A DNA stretch of 64,000 bases. Source: Flavobacteriia bacterium. GTDB lineage: Bacteria; Bacteroidota; Bacteroidia; Flavobacteriales_D; Crocinitomicaceae. Where the stretch lies: NCBI GenBank assembly GCA_947450325.1, contig CANFUT010000008.1, forward strand, positions 30,211 to 94,210. The letters run 5' to 3'. Shown here piece by piece: positions 48,477 to 57,598 of the stretch (positions are counted from its first letter, which is position 1; the number at the start of each line of letters is the position of its first letter). Made by a program: the position numbers and the translations under genes. The notes beneath the pieces are model-generated. The model was not told where the DNA came from and did no database searches. It was given only the letters and a program-made list of their open reading frames with translations.

Positions 48477-48786
48477 TAAATTGTTTAAGATTATTTAAAA
48501 ATTGCGGGTCTTAGATTAGTGGTTTTAGATAATCGGCCTTGGAAGAAAGGTTTTTATAAGTGCGCTGAAAATGTAGACTTTTGGAGGAAGCTACGAAGTG
48601 TCAGCGTAGTAGATCACCGACACTTCCGAAGGATGCAGCGAAGCTAAAATCACGTTTTCAGAAGCTTATAAAATAAAGCGCTTGAGGAATGAATTTTATT
48701 TCGTGCGAGAATTTGCGCTTTAACTTGATGACTCAGCCTTGATTTTTGGGTTCGTTTTGATCAAGCAAAAGGAACAAAAGATTTAT
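48477..48786 (+). repeat. ~290-bp structured intergenic repeat, copy 2
   Basis: See copy 1. It has internal complementary pairs CTGAAAA/TTTTCAG, AAAGCGC/GCGCTTT, CTACG/CGTAG and CTTGAT/ATCAAG. Confidence 0.85.
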
Positions 48787-48812
48787 GTAAATAATAAGAT
48801 TCAAAAGGTTTT

Positions 48813-49241
48813 TTAACCTTGTGGAACTTCTTCCCAAGTGAAAACGCGATTCAAATCTTCATTCAATCGGATTTTTACAAAAAGCGTGTTTTCAGGAAGT
48901 AAATGCAAAACCTTGTCAGGCCATTCAATGAAGCAAATTCCGCCACCATAAATCATTTCTTCAATGCCGATGTCAAATGCTTCTTCTTCAGAATTTAATC
49001 GGTATAAATCGAAGTGAAAAACGGAACCGTAAAACGGACTTTTGTATTCATTTACAAGCGAATAAGTTGGTGAACCATTGGTGTTTTCGATTCCCATTGC
49101 GCGCAAAATATTTTGGATGAAAGTTGTTTTTCCAGCGCCCATTTGACCATCAAAAGCAACAACGGTTGTCTCGCCTAAATTGTCCAAAAGCGATTTGGCA
49201 ACTGCTGGCAAATCGTATATATTTTCTACCACAAATTCCAT
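48813..49241 (-). CDS. tsaE: tRNA t6A37 biosynthesis ATPase TsaE
   Basis: 142 aa with the 'GQMGAGKTTF' P-loop. Confidence 0.85.
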   Translation of the reverse strand: MEFVVENIYDLPAVAKSLLDNLGETTVVAFDGQMGAGKTTFIQNILRAMGIENTNGSPTYSLVNEYKSPFYGSVFHFDLYRLNSEEEAFDIGIEEMIYGGGICFIEWPDKVLHLLPENTLFVKIRLNEDLNRVFTWEEVPQG

Positions 49242-49256
49242 GAATGAAAACCTTCT

Positions 49257-50801
49257 TTATTTTGCGTGCAAAACTACAAAAGGAATGCATAATTCTTCCA
49301 AAGAAATTCCACCATGTTGAAATGTATTGCCGTAATAATTGACAAAATGATTGTAATTATTAGGATAAACGAAAAAGTCATTCTCTTTGGCAAATACAAA
49401 TTCATCTGAAAGCGAAGTTTTTGGTAAAAATGCTTCTTGCGGATGTTTCACTTGGAAAACATCTTTTTCCTTGTAGCTCAAATTTCGTCCAACTTTGTAT
49501 CTCAAATTTGAATTGGTATTTCTATCGCCCACAATTTTCACTGGATTGTTGACTTTCACCGTTCCGTGGTCTGTTGTAATGACCACTTTGGCGCCAGTAT
49601 CCGCAATCTTTTTGAAAATTTCTTGTAGTGGCGAATGCTCAAACCAAGAAACGGTCAACGATCTGTAAGCAGCTTCATCGTCCGCCAATTCGCGAATCAT
49701 TTCCATTTCTGTTCGTGCGTGAGAAAGCATGTCGACAAAATTGTAGACAATTACATTTAAATCATTTTCTTTCAATTGATTGAATTGATCTAACAATTTT
49801 TTTCCTGCTTCGTTGTTGGTGATTTTATTGTAAGACCATTTTCCGGTTTTACCCAATCTGGTCAAGTTTGCATCCAAAAACTCTTTTTCGTGCATGTTTT
49901 TTCCACCTTCTTCGTCTTCGCTGAGCCAAAGTTTCGGGAATTTCTTCTGAATTTCGGAAGGCATTAATCCAGCAAACAAAGCGTTTCTTGCGTAGTGTGT
50001 TGCAGTTGGTAAAATGCTCAAAATCATTTCTTCTTGATCGATATTGAAGTATTTGGAAACGATTGGTTTTAAAATTTGCCATTGGTCGTATCTCAAATTG
50101 TCGATGACAACCATATATACTTTGCCTTCATTCATCAGGGGTGCAACTTTGTCTTTGATGACGGTGTGAATCATTTGTGGCGCATCTTCGTCGCCATTTA
50201 CCCAAGATAAATAGTTTTTCTCGATGTATTTGGCAAATAAAGTATTGGCTTCTTTTTTCTGCATCGCCAAAATCTCGGTCATTCCTTGGTCTTCGATTTT
50301 GTCTAATTCCAATTCCCAATAAACCAATTTTTTGTACAATTCAATCCATTCTTCAATGTCAAGACGTCCGTTCAACTGCATTCCCAATTGTCGGAATTCT
50401 TGTTGATAGTTGGAATTCGTTTTTTGTGAAACCAATTTGCTGTGGTCCAAATTTTTCTTCAAACAAAGCAAAATCTGATTTGGATTCACAGGCTTGATGA
50501 GGTAATCAGCGATTTTTCCACCAATGGCTTCTTCCATGATGGATTCTTCCTCGCTTTTGGTAATCATCACAACTGGAACGAGCGGTTTTTCTTCCTTGAT
50601 TCTTGTCAAGGCTTCAAGACCAGAAATTCCGGGCATATTTTCATCTAAGAAGATGATATCAAAATGTTTATCTCTACTTTTTTCGACTGCTTCCGCGCCA
50701 TTATTTACAGTTTCAACTGAATATCCTTTAGATTCTAAAAATAGAATGTGTGGTTTTAGTAAATCAATTTCGTCGTCTGCCCAAAGAATTTTCGCTTGCA
50801 T
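49257..50801 (-). CDS. porX: PorX-type response regulator (receiver + PglZ/alkaline-phosphatase-like domain)
   Basis: Receiver domain 'ILWADDEIDLL...IIFLDENMPGISG'. The C-terminal PglZ-like domain contains 'VVITTDHGTV'. It is 514 aa. Confidence 0.8.
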   Translation of the reverse strand: MQAKILWADDEIDLLKPHILFLESKGYSVETVNNGAEAVEKSRDKHFDIIFLDENMPGISGLEALTRIKEEKPLVPVVMITKSEEESIMEEAIGGKIADYLIKPVNPNQILLCLKKNLDHSKLVSQKTNSNYQQEFRQLGMQLNGRLDIEEWIELYKKLVYWELELDKIEDQGMTEILAMQKKEANTLFAKYIEKNYLSWVNGDEDAPQMIHTVIKDKVAPLMNEGKVYMVVIDNLRYDQWQILKPIVSKYFNIDQEEMILSILPTATHYARNALFAGLMPSEIQKKFPKLWLSEDEEGGKNMHEKEFLDANLTRLGKTGKWSYNKITNNEAGKKLLDQFNQLKENDLNVIVYNFVDMLSHARTEMEMIRELADDEAAYRSLTVSWFEHSPLQEIFKKIADTGAKVVITTDHGTVKVNNPVKIVGDRNTNSNLRYKVGRNLSYKEKDVFQVKHPQEAFLPKTSLSDEFVFAKENDFFVYPNNYNHFVNYYGNTFQHGGISLEELCIPFVVLHAK

Positions 50802-50851
50802 TGCTTGTAATTTTTTAATTTTGATAAATTATTGACTCTAAATATATTCAA

Positions 50852-52093
50852 TTGCGACCAATTCTCAACAGAAATAACAAGAAGAAAATCTTTAACGACC
50901 CAGTGTACGGTTTTATTACAGTTCCTGACGAGTTTATTTTCGATTTGATCGAACATCCGTTTTTTCAACGTTTAAGAAGAATCAATCAGCTTGGATTGAC
51001 GCATTTGGTTTATCCTGGCGCATTGCACACAAGGTTTCATCACGTCTTGGGCGCCATGCATTTAATGTCGCTGGCAGTGGCTACTATTCGCCGAAAAGGA
51101 CATGAAATCACAGAAGAGGAGGAAAGAGCGGTTTTGATTGCGATTTTACTGCACGATATCGGTCACGGACCATTTAGTCATGCGCTGGAATATGACATCG
51201 TGAACAAAGTCAGTCACGAAGATATTTCTGGATTTTTCATTCAACGTTTGAGTCAAGAATTTGATGGAAAATTGGATTTAGCTTTGTTGGTTTTTCAAAA
51301 TAAATATTCTAAAAAACCTTTTTTATATCAATTGGTTTCTAGTCAATTGGATATGGATCGAATGGATTATTTGAACCGCGATAGTTTTTATACTGGCGTC
51401 ACAGAAGGTCAAATTGGTTCAGATCGCATCATCGAAATGCTGAATGTACATCAAGGAAATTTGGTGTTGGAAGAAAAAGCGATTTATTCAGTTGAGAAGT
51501 TTTTGGTAGCGCGTCGATTCATGTATTGGCAAGTATATTTGCACAAAACGGTAGTTTCTGCTGAATTTATGTTGATTCACATTTTGCGAAGAGCCAAAGA
51601 ATTGATCATTAAAGGCGAGACTTTATTTGCAAGTCCAGCGCTGATGTATTTTTTGACGAATAACATTGAACACGCAGATTTTATAGATAATCCTGTAACT
51701 TTAGAAACTTTCGCACAATTGGATGATTTCGACATCATGTGTGCAGTAAAAGTTTGGCAAAATCATTCTGACAAAGTGCTTTCACTTTTATCGCAAAAAT
51801 TGGTCAATAGAGATTTATTCAAAATTGAAGTTTCAAAAGAGCCTTTTGGTCCTGATAGAATTTTATTGGAGAAAGAATTAGTCAGAGACAAATTTGGTTT
51901 AAATGATGATGAAGTAGATTTCTTTGTTTACTCTGAAATTTTGACAAACAATGCGTATAACCAAAACAAGCAAACAATCAATTTATTGATGAAAAATGGA
52001 GAAATTATCGATGCTTCAAAAGCTTCAGATAATTTGAATATTTCCGCATTGGCACAACCAGTGACGAAGTATTGTTTATGTTATCCAGTTTGA
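50852..52093 (+). CDS. HD-domain phosphohydrolase (dNTPase-like)
   Basis: 'RFHHVLGAMHL' and 'LLHDIGHGPFSH'. The track start is TTG. Confidence 0.8.
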   Translation: MRPILNRNNKKKIFNDPVYGFITVPDEFIFDLIEHPFFQRLRRINQLGLTHLVYPGALHTRFHHVLGAMHLMSLAVATIRRKGHEITEEEERAVLIAILLHDIGHGPFSHALEYDIVNKVSHEDISGFFIQRLSQEFDGKLDLALLVFQNKYSKKPFLYQLVSSQLDMDRMDYLNRDSFYTGVTEGQIGSDRIIEMLNVHQGNLVLEEKAIYSVEKFLVARRFMYWQVYLHKTVVSAEFMLIHILRRAKELIIKGETLFASPALMYFLTNNIEHADFIDNPVTLETFAQLDDFDIMCAVKVWQNHSDKVLSLLSQKLVNRDLFKIEVSKEPFGPDRILLEKELVRDKFGLNDDEVDFFVYSEILTNNAYNQNKQTINLLMKNGEIIDASKASDNLNISALAQPVTKYCLCYPV

Positions 52094-52152
52094 TTTTTAA
52101 TATTCAAAACTTTCCAAGAAAAAAATAGTTTATTCATGTAAATGACTAAAAT

Positions 52153-52460
52153 AAGATTGTTTAAGACGATTTAAATACTGCGGGACTTAAATTTGAGTTT
52201 TCAGACTTCCGGCCTTGGAAGAAAGGTTTTTAAAGGTGCACTGAAAATGTAGACTTTTGGAGGAAGCTAAGAAGCGTTAGCGGATTAGATCACCGACAAA
52301 ATCAGGTTTTCAGAAGCTTTTAAAATAAAGCGCTTGACACGATAAATTTATTTCGTGCGAAAATTTGCGCTTTAACTTGATGACTCAGCCTTGATTTTTG
52401 GGTTCGTTTTGATCAAGCACCGCGCAAGCAGCCACGAAGTGAAAAGGAACAAAAAATTTT
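52153..52460 (+). repeat. ~290-bp structured intergenic repeat, copy 3
   Basis: It is co-linear with copy 2. It has a ~25-nt internal deletion and a ~22-nt insertion (CCGCGCAAGCAGCCACGAAGTG) near the 3' end. Confidence 0.85.
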
Positions 52461-52481
52461 AGGTAAAAGATAATTTGACAT

Positions 52482-52520
52482 AAAAAAAAACGGCTTTAGA
52501 ATTTCTAAAGCCGTTTTTTC
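52482..52520. terminator. bidirectional rho-independent terminator
   Basis: A9-CGGCTTTAGA-attt-CTAAAGCCG-T6. It lies downstream of both the HD gene (+) and the metalloprotease gene (-). Confidence 0.8.
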
Positions 52521-52533
52521 GTTTTTATGATTC

Positions 52534-55500
52534 TTATTTCAAAATCTGAATTTTCTTCACAACTTGATTGCTTGCATTAGAAATTCTTACTGTGTAATTT
52601 CCAGCAGCATAAGCTGATAAATTGATATTTGTTTTAGCATTTTCAACTTTCCAGCTTCCAACCAATCTTCCAGCTTCGTCTCTCAATTCGATATTTTGGT
52701 ATTTCGAAAGATTTTCGCCTTCAATCGTCATCCAACCTTCTACTGGATTTGGATACAAAATTAATAAATCGTCATTTTGTTGATCTTCAAGTCCTGCACA
52801 ACCGCTCACGATAATTTGACCAGTGACAGATTTTGTACAACCATTTTGAGTTACTGAATAAGTAATTGTTTTTGTTCCAATTCCCGCTGTCGCTGGGTTG
52901 AAGTTTGAACCTGATACACCTGTTCCAGAGTAAGTTCCTCCAGCTGGTGTTCCTTGCGTCAATGCAAATGCGGGATTGTAATTACAAACTGTTGGAAAAG
53001 CAGAAAGTGCTGTATTTGGCAAAGGATTTACTGTAATTGTTACACTCGCAGATGCTGTACAATTAGTAACGCCAGTTACTGTATAAGTAGTTGTCGTCGT
53101 TGGTGAAACCGTAATTGAACTGGTAGTTTGTCCACCTGTCCAAGTGTAGCTTGATCCGCCAGCGGCAGTCAATGTAGCACTTGATCCTGCACAAATTGTT
53201 GCATTCGCTGGATTTGAAGTCAAAGTAACATTTTGATTTACAGTTGCAACTACCGCTGTTCTTGCAGATGTACAACCAGAATTCGTAGCAGAAACATAGT
53301 AAGTTGTCGTAGCAGAAATAGATGGAGTGGTAAATGCTGCGCCTGTTCCAATGGATGCTCCACCTGTTGAAGCAGTATACCAGTTCAATGTACCAGCAGA
53401 AGCAGTTGCTGCTAAATTCACAGTTCCAGTTCCACATCTATTTCCTGGCGTTGTACTTGCAACAGTTGGCGTTGGATTTACAGTTAAAACAACCCCTGAT
53501 GAGTTTGTCGTTCCACAAGAATTTGTAGTAACACATCTATATCTGTAAGTTGAAATCGCAGTTGTTGCCCCAGTAATTGTTAATGCGGCCGTTGTTGTAG
53601 TAGAATACGGAGCTGTGTTTGTTAAGTTTGTCCAAGTGGTACCGCCATTCGTACTTACTTGCCATTGGTAAGACGTCGCGTCGGTTGATGCAACGGTAAA
53701 CGATGTATTTGCACTTGCACAAATTGTTGAAGCTGTTGGTTGAGTAGCAATTGCTGGTGCAGATGTGCATCCTGCCGAAATGTATACACCATAATCTTCT
53801 ACATCACCTATTAAAAATGCTGAACCGCAAGTTCTTTTTCCTGATGTAATTGTGGCTGCATCGCTCATCACACGCATTCTCAACAATGCATTTGTCACTG
53901 CTGTTGCTGGAATTGTAACGTTTGCTGAAAGTGTCGTGGTGGTAACAGTTGTTGTAGTACCAATAGCAACTGTTCCAGAATGAACCATTTCACTTGGATT
54001 AGTGAATACACCGTCATTGTTGTAGTCGATGTAAACTTCAAATTTTTGGGCTCCGCTTGGTCCAGCGTTTCCAGTAATTGAGAGATTATAAGTGCTTCCA
54101 GCTTGCACGATCGTATTGTCAGAACAAGTGAAATTCGTATAAGCTGTATTTGTATATTGATCAGTGGTGTTATCGATTGTATTGAATACTACTCGGCTAA
54201 CAGTTTGGGCGTAATTTCCCGAATTGCTTGATGTGGGAGTGCATGCTGTTGTAGTACCGCTGCTCAATACAACAAAATTATTTTCAGTGTGTGTATCAGT
54301 ACCGGCAGCAGTTGTAACAGTTAAAGTTACATTGTAAGAACCAGGAACGGTGAAAGTCATTGTTGGATTTTGAACTGTTGAAGTCAACACGGTTGCTCCG
54401 TTTGTAAAAGTCCAGCTAAATGTAATGTTTGACCAATTTGTTTCAGGTAAGAAAGTATTTGGTACACATGCTGAAATATCCGTAAAAGTAACAGTTTGTC
54501 CAGAGCATATGATTGAATTACTCGCTTGAAAAGCAACAATTGGAGCTGAAACTGGTGTCAATGCTAAATTAGTTGTTGCAAAAAACGAAGCTCTTGGACC
54601 AGAACAAGCTGCTAATGCTCTTGTTTTTTGATTTGCGGTGAACATATTCATGCAATCATCTGAAGAATAATCCATATAATTTCTGGCAAATAATGCATTA
54701 GATGAATTTCCATCACAACTGTTTGTTCCAGTTACGTTACAATCGCTTTGACTTCTCATGTGTCTTGGAATATCTGCACAACAGTCGCCTGCGCCAGATC
54801 CGCAACCATTTGTTGCTGTAGGACAAGTAGTTCCACTTCCATCTCCTTCAAAAGTGTGGTATAAATTCAACGCGTGACCCAATTCGTGCGTAGCAGTCAT
54901 TGAAACACCTGAAGTAAAATTACTAGCCATGATTACTGCGCCATCACTTGATGTTCCGTGTGAACTTGCGAAGTATGCATAACCTTGAACTCCAGCGCCA
55001 CCTTCATTGTTGTCCATTTCTGAAACCAAATAAATATTGTAATATTTCAATTTGTCCCAAGAAGTTACTGCTTTAACTTGCGCATCTGTGATTCCTTGTG
55101 TAGTTGAACTTTGAACTCCATAATTCATGTAAGTTGCATTACCAGTCATACTTACACGGGTAATCCCGTTGGTACAGTTGCCATTTGGATCTCTAACAGC
55201 TAATGCAAATTCTATTTCTACATCAACACCATTTCCATAACCTGCTGTTCCTAAAGTTTTTCTATATCGATTATTCAATTCTTTGATGGCATCGCGAATT
55301 TTTTGATCGCTTACATTTGTTCCAACACCAACAGCTTCGCCTTTGTGAAGCACGTGCACAACAACTGGTATTCTATATTGTGCTGCAGTTTTGGGAGTAG
55401 GTGAATTAGCTATATCTTGAACGTATTGTTCAAACTCTTGCATTCGAGTTGCGTAGGCAGGATCATTCATCATTTGATTGTGAATGATTGCTGAACCACA

Positions 55501-55623
55501 TTTTTCAGTGTTCAACTGATTGAAATTTGCAGGATTGTTTATTTGAGCATTTAAACTTTGGGAGAAAGCAAAAAAAGAAAATGCAAAAACAAACGTTTTA
55601 AGATTTTTAAAACATTTTTTCAT
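52534..55623 (-). CDS. secreted M43-like zinc metalloprotease with GEVED and Ig-like repeat domains and T9SS C-terminal sorting domain
   Basis: 'HELGHALNLYHTF' zinc site, 'GDVEDYGVYI' (GEVED) and Thr/Ala-rich Ig-like repeats. The C-terminus 'LILYPNPV...YTVRISN...KIQILK' is a T9SS CTD. The signal-peptide start MKKCFKNL is at 55623, although the ORF is open to 55659. Confidence 0.85.
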   Translation of the reverse strand: MKKCFKNLKTFVFAFSFFAFSQSLNAQINNPANFNQLNTEKCGSAIIHNQMMNDPAYATRMQEFEQYVQDIANSPTPKTAAQYRIPVVVHVLHKGEAVGVGTNVSDQKIRDAIKELNNRYRKTLGTAGYGNGVDVEIEFALAVRDPNGNCTNGITRVSMTGNATYMNYGVQSSTTQGITDAQVKAVTSWDKLKYYNIYLVSEMDNNEGGAGVQGYAYFASSHGTSSDGAVIMASNFTSGVSMTATHELGHALNLYHTFEGDGSGTTCPTATNGCGSGAGDCCADIPRHMRSQSDCNVTGTNSCDGNSSNALFARNYMDYSSDDCMNMFTANQKTRALAACSGPRASFFATTNLALTPVSAPIVAFQASNSIICSGQTVTFTDISACVPNTFLPETNWSNITFSWTFTNGATVLTSTVQNPTMTFTVPGSYNVTLTVTTAAGTDTHTENNFVVLSSGTTTACTPTSSNSGNYAQTVSRVVFNTIDNTTDQYTNTAYTNFTCSDNTIVQAGSTYNLSITGNAGPSGAQKFEVYIDYNNDGVFTNPSEMVHSGTVAIGTTTTVTTTTLSANVTIPATAVTNALLRMRVMSDAATITSGKRTCGSAFLIGDVEDYGVYISAGCTSAPAIATQPTASTICASANTSFTVASTDATSYQWQVSTNGGTTWTNLTNTAPYSTTTTAALTITGATTAISTYRYRCVTTNSCGTTNSSGVVLTVNPTPTVASTTPGNRCGTGTVNLAATASAGTLNWYTASTGGASIGTGAAFTTPSISATTTYYVSATNSGCTSARTAVVATVNQNVTLTSNPANATICAGSSATLTAAGGSSYTWTGGQTTSSITVSPTTTTTYTVTGVTNCTASASVTITVNPLPNTALSAFPTVCNYNPAFALTQGTPAGGTYSGTGVSGSNFNPATAGIGTKTITYSVTQNGCTKSVTGQIIVSGCAGLEDQQNDDLLILYPNPVEGWMTIEGENLSKYQNIELRDEAGRLVGSWKVENAKTNINLSAYAAGNYTVRISNASNQVVKKIQILK

Positions 55624-55793
55624 AGTTTGAAATTTTAATAGCGTGTGAGCATTTAGCAACCCACATTGTGCAATAGTTAATTTTCTGGTATTAAAATTAA
55701 CATATTTTATTAAAATCTCGAAAAAATATTCAAAATGATATTAACAAGAATTTCACAGTTGAATTTTAGTGAAATTTATTTGGAACATTTTAA

Positions 55794-56750
55794 TTAATTA
55801 GAAAAAAGAGAATCTACAAATTCTTCTTTATTGAAAAGTTGCAAGTCATCGATTCCTTCTCCAACCCCAATGTATTTTACTGGAATTTTCATTTGGTCTG
55901 AAATTCCAATCACAACGCCACCTTTGGCAGTTCCGTCAAGTTTGGTTATTGCCAACGCATTGATTTCAGTTGCAAGCATGAATTGTTTGGCTTGTTCGAA
56001 TGCATTTTGTCCAGTAGAACCATCCAACACCAACAAAACTTCATGTGGAGCACCTGGAATTACTTTTTCCATCACTCTTCTCACTTTACTCAACTCGTTC
56101 ATCAAGTTCACTTTGTTGTGCAATCTTCCTGCGGTATCGATGATAACGACATCCGCTCCTTGAGATTTACCTGATTGCAAAGTATCAAATGCCACTGAAG
56201 CTGGATCTGCGCCCATGCCTTGTTGTACGATTGGAACACCGACTCTTTGTGACCAAATAATCAATTGATCAACGGCTGCAGCTCTAAAAGTATCGGCAGC
56301 ACCCAAAACCACTTTTTTGTTTTGTTGCTTGAACTGATTTGCTAATTTTCCGATGGTAGTCGTTTTTCCAACGCCGTTTACACCAACCACCATAATTACA
56401 TGTGGATCACCATTGTGGTCGGGAAGTGAATAATCGTTTACAGTACTTTTGTCATTTTCAGAGAGTAAAGCTGCAATTTCTTCTTTAAGGACAGTATTCA
56501 ATTCATTTGTTCCCAAAACTTTGTCTCTGGCAACCCTTGCTTCAATTCGGTCAATGATTTTTAAAGTTGTTTCAACTCCAACATCTGATGATATCAAAAT
56601 TTCTTCCAATTCATCCAAAACATCAGCGTCAACTTTCGATTTTCCAACAACAGAACGCGTTAATTTGGTAAGAAAGCTTTGTTTTGTTTTCTCTAAACCC
56701 TTATCAAGCGTTTCTTTTTTTTCTTTTGAAAATAAACCGAAAAATGCCAT
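55794..56750 (-). CDS. ftsY: signal recognition particle receptor FtsY
   Basis: 'GVNGVGKTTTIGKLA', 'DTAGRLH' and 'TKLDGTAKGG'. Confidence 0.95.
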   Translation of the reverse strand: MAFFGLFSKEKKETLDKGLEKTKQSFLTKLTRSVVGKSKVDADVLDELEEILISSDVGVETTLKIIDRIEARVARDKVLGTNELNTVLKEEIAALLSENDKSTVNDYSLPDHNGDPHVIMVVGVNGVGKTTTIGKLANQFKQQNKKVVLGAADTFRAAAVDQLIIWSQRVGVPIVQQGMGADPASVAFDTLQSGKSQGADVVIIDTAGRLHNKVNLMNELSKVRRVMEKVIPGAPHEVLLVLDGSTGQNAFEQAKQFMLATEINALAITKLDGTAKGGVVIGISDQMKIPVKYIGVGEGIDDLQLFNKEEFVDSLFSN

Positions 56751-56883
56751 GTTTTTAATGCTAATTTGTTTGTAGTCGATTGTAAAGGTAATTGATTAAA
56801 TGTGAATTAAAAAATCTTCTATAATTGAAAAAAGCTTCCCAAATTAAAAGGAAGCTTTATATCAATATCAAATTTATAAAGAA

Positions 56884-57040
56884 TTAGTTTTTGTCAAACC
56901 ATTCTTTCACTTTGTCGTTGTGAACGATTTCTTCTTTGAAGGTAAAGTTCCCAGTCTTCGCTGACTTCGACATTTTAATTACCTTTGTGTGCTCTTTTCC
57001 TCCTCCTTTTTGTAAGGATGCTACTACTTTCTTTGCCATA
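56884..57040 (-). pseudogene. DUF4295-like small protein gene, apparently disrupted by a 1-nt frameshift
   Basis: ATG at 57040 reads MAKKVVASLQKGGGK and then stops after 21 codons. The frame shifted by one nucleotide continues KEHTKVIKMSKSAKTGNFTFKEEIVHNDKVKEWFDKN*. The span is 157 nt (156+1), and the gene sits directly after rpmG as in other Bacteroidota. Confidence 0.55.
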
Positions 57041-57048
57041 ACAGATTG

Positions 57049-57237
57049 TTATTTAATTTCTTTATGAACTGTATATCTTTTAAGAATTGGATTAAATTTT
57101 TTAATCTCCATTCTCTCAGGTGTGTTTTTACGATTTTTTGTCGTAATGTAACGAGATGTACCAGGCATTCCTGTTTGTTTGTGCTCTGTACACTCTAAAA
57201 TAACCTGGATTCTATTTCCTTTACTTTTCTTTGCCAT
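57049..57237 (-). CDS. rpmG: 50S ribosomal protein L33
   Basis: '[12 protein letters not shown]...[23 protein letters not shown]'. Confidence 0.95.
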   Translation of the reverse strand: MAKKSKGNRIQVILECTEHKQTGMPGTSRYITTKNRKNTPERMEIKKFNPILKRYTVHKEIK

Positions 57238-57286
57238 TTTCTTTAACTTTAGATTTTACCATTTCGCAATGGGACGAATCAGAATT

Positions 57287-57523
57287 TTACTTAAGATATC
57301 CTTTCTCGCGCGCTTCTTTCAAGCAAGCAGAAATTCCTTTCTTGTTAATATTTCTCAACGCTGAAGTTGAAATTTTCAACGTGATAAAGCTTTCATCTTC
57401 TGGGATGAAAAACTTCTTAGTAACTAAGTTCGGGTAAAACTTACGTTTTGTTTTTCTGTTTGAGTGAGAAACATTGTTCCCAACCATTACTGACTTACCC
57501 GTTAATTGACAAACTCGTGACAT
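57287..57523 (-). CDS. rpmB: 50S ribosomal protein L28
   Basis: 'MSRVCQLTGKSVMVGNNVSHSNRKTKRKFYPNL'. Confidence 0.95.
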   Translation of the reverse strand: MSRVCQLTGKSVMVGNNVSHSNRKTKRKFYPNLVTKKFFIPEDESFITLKISTSALRNINKKGISACLKEAREKGYLK

Positions 57524-57598
57524 CTTATTTTTTTATTTATCCTAATTCTAAAAGCGGGTGCAAAGGAAATCATTATTTCCTTAATACACAAGAATAAT

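Noticed and set aside
53063-53770. Several 64-124-aa ORFs on both strands within the metalloprotease gene.
   Set aside because: They fall in the Thr/Ala/Ser-rich Ig-like repeat region, where all frames stay open. Their sequences are low-complexity (Cys/Trp/Tyr-rich), with no start context.
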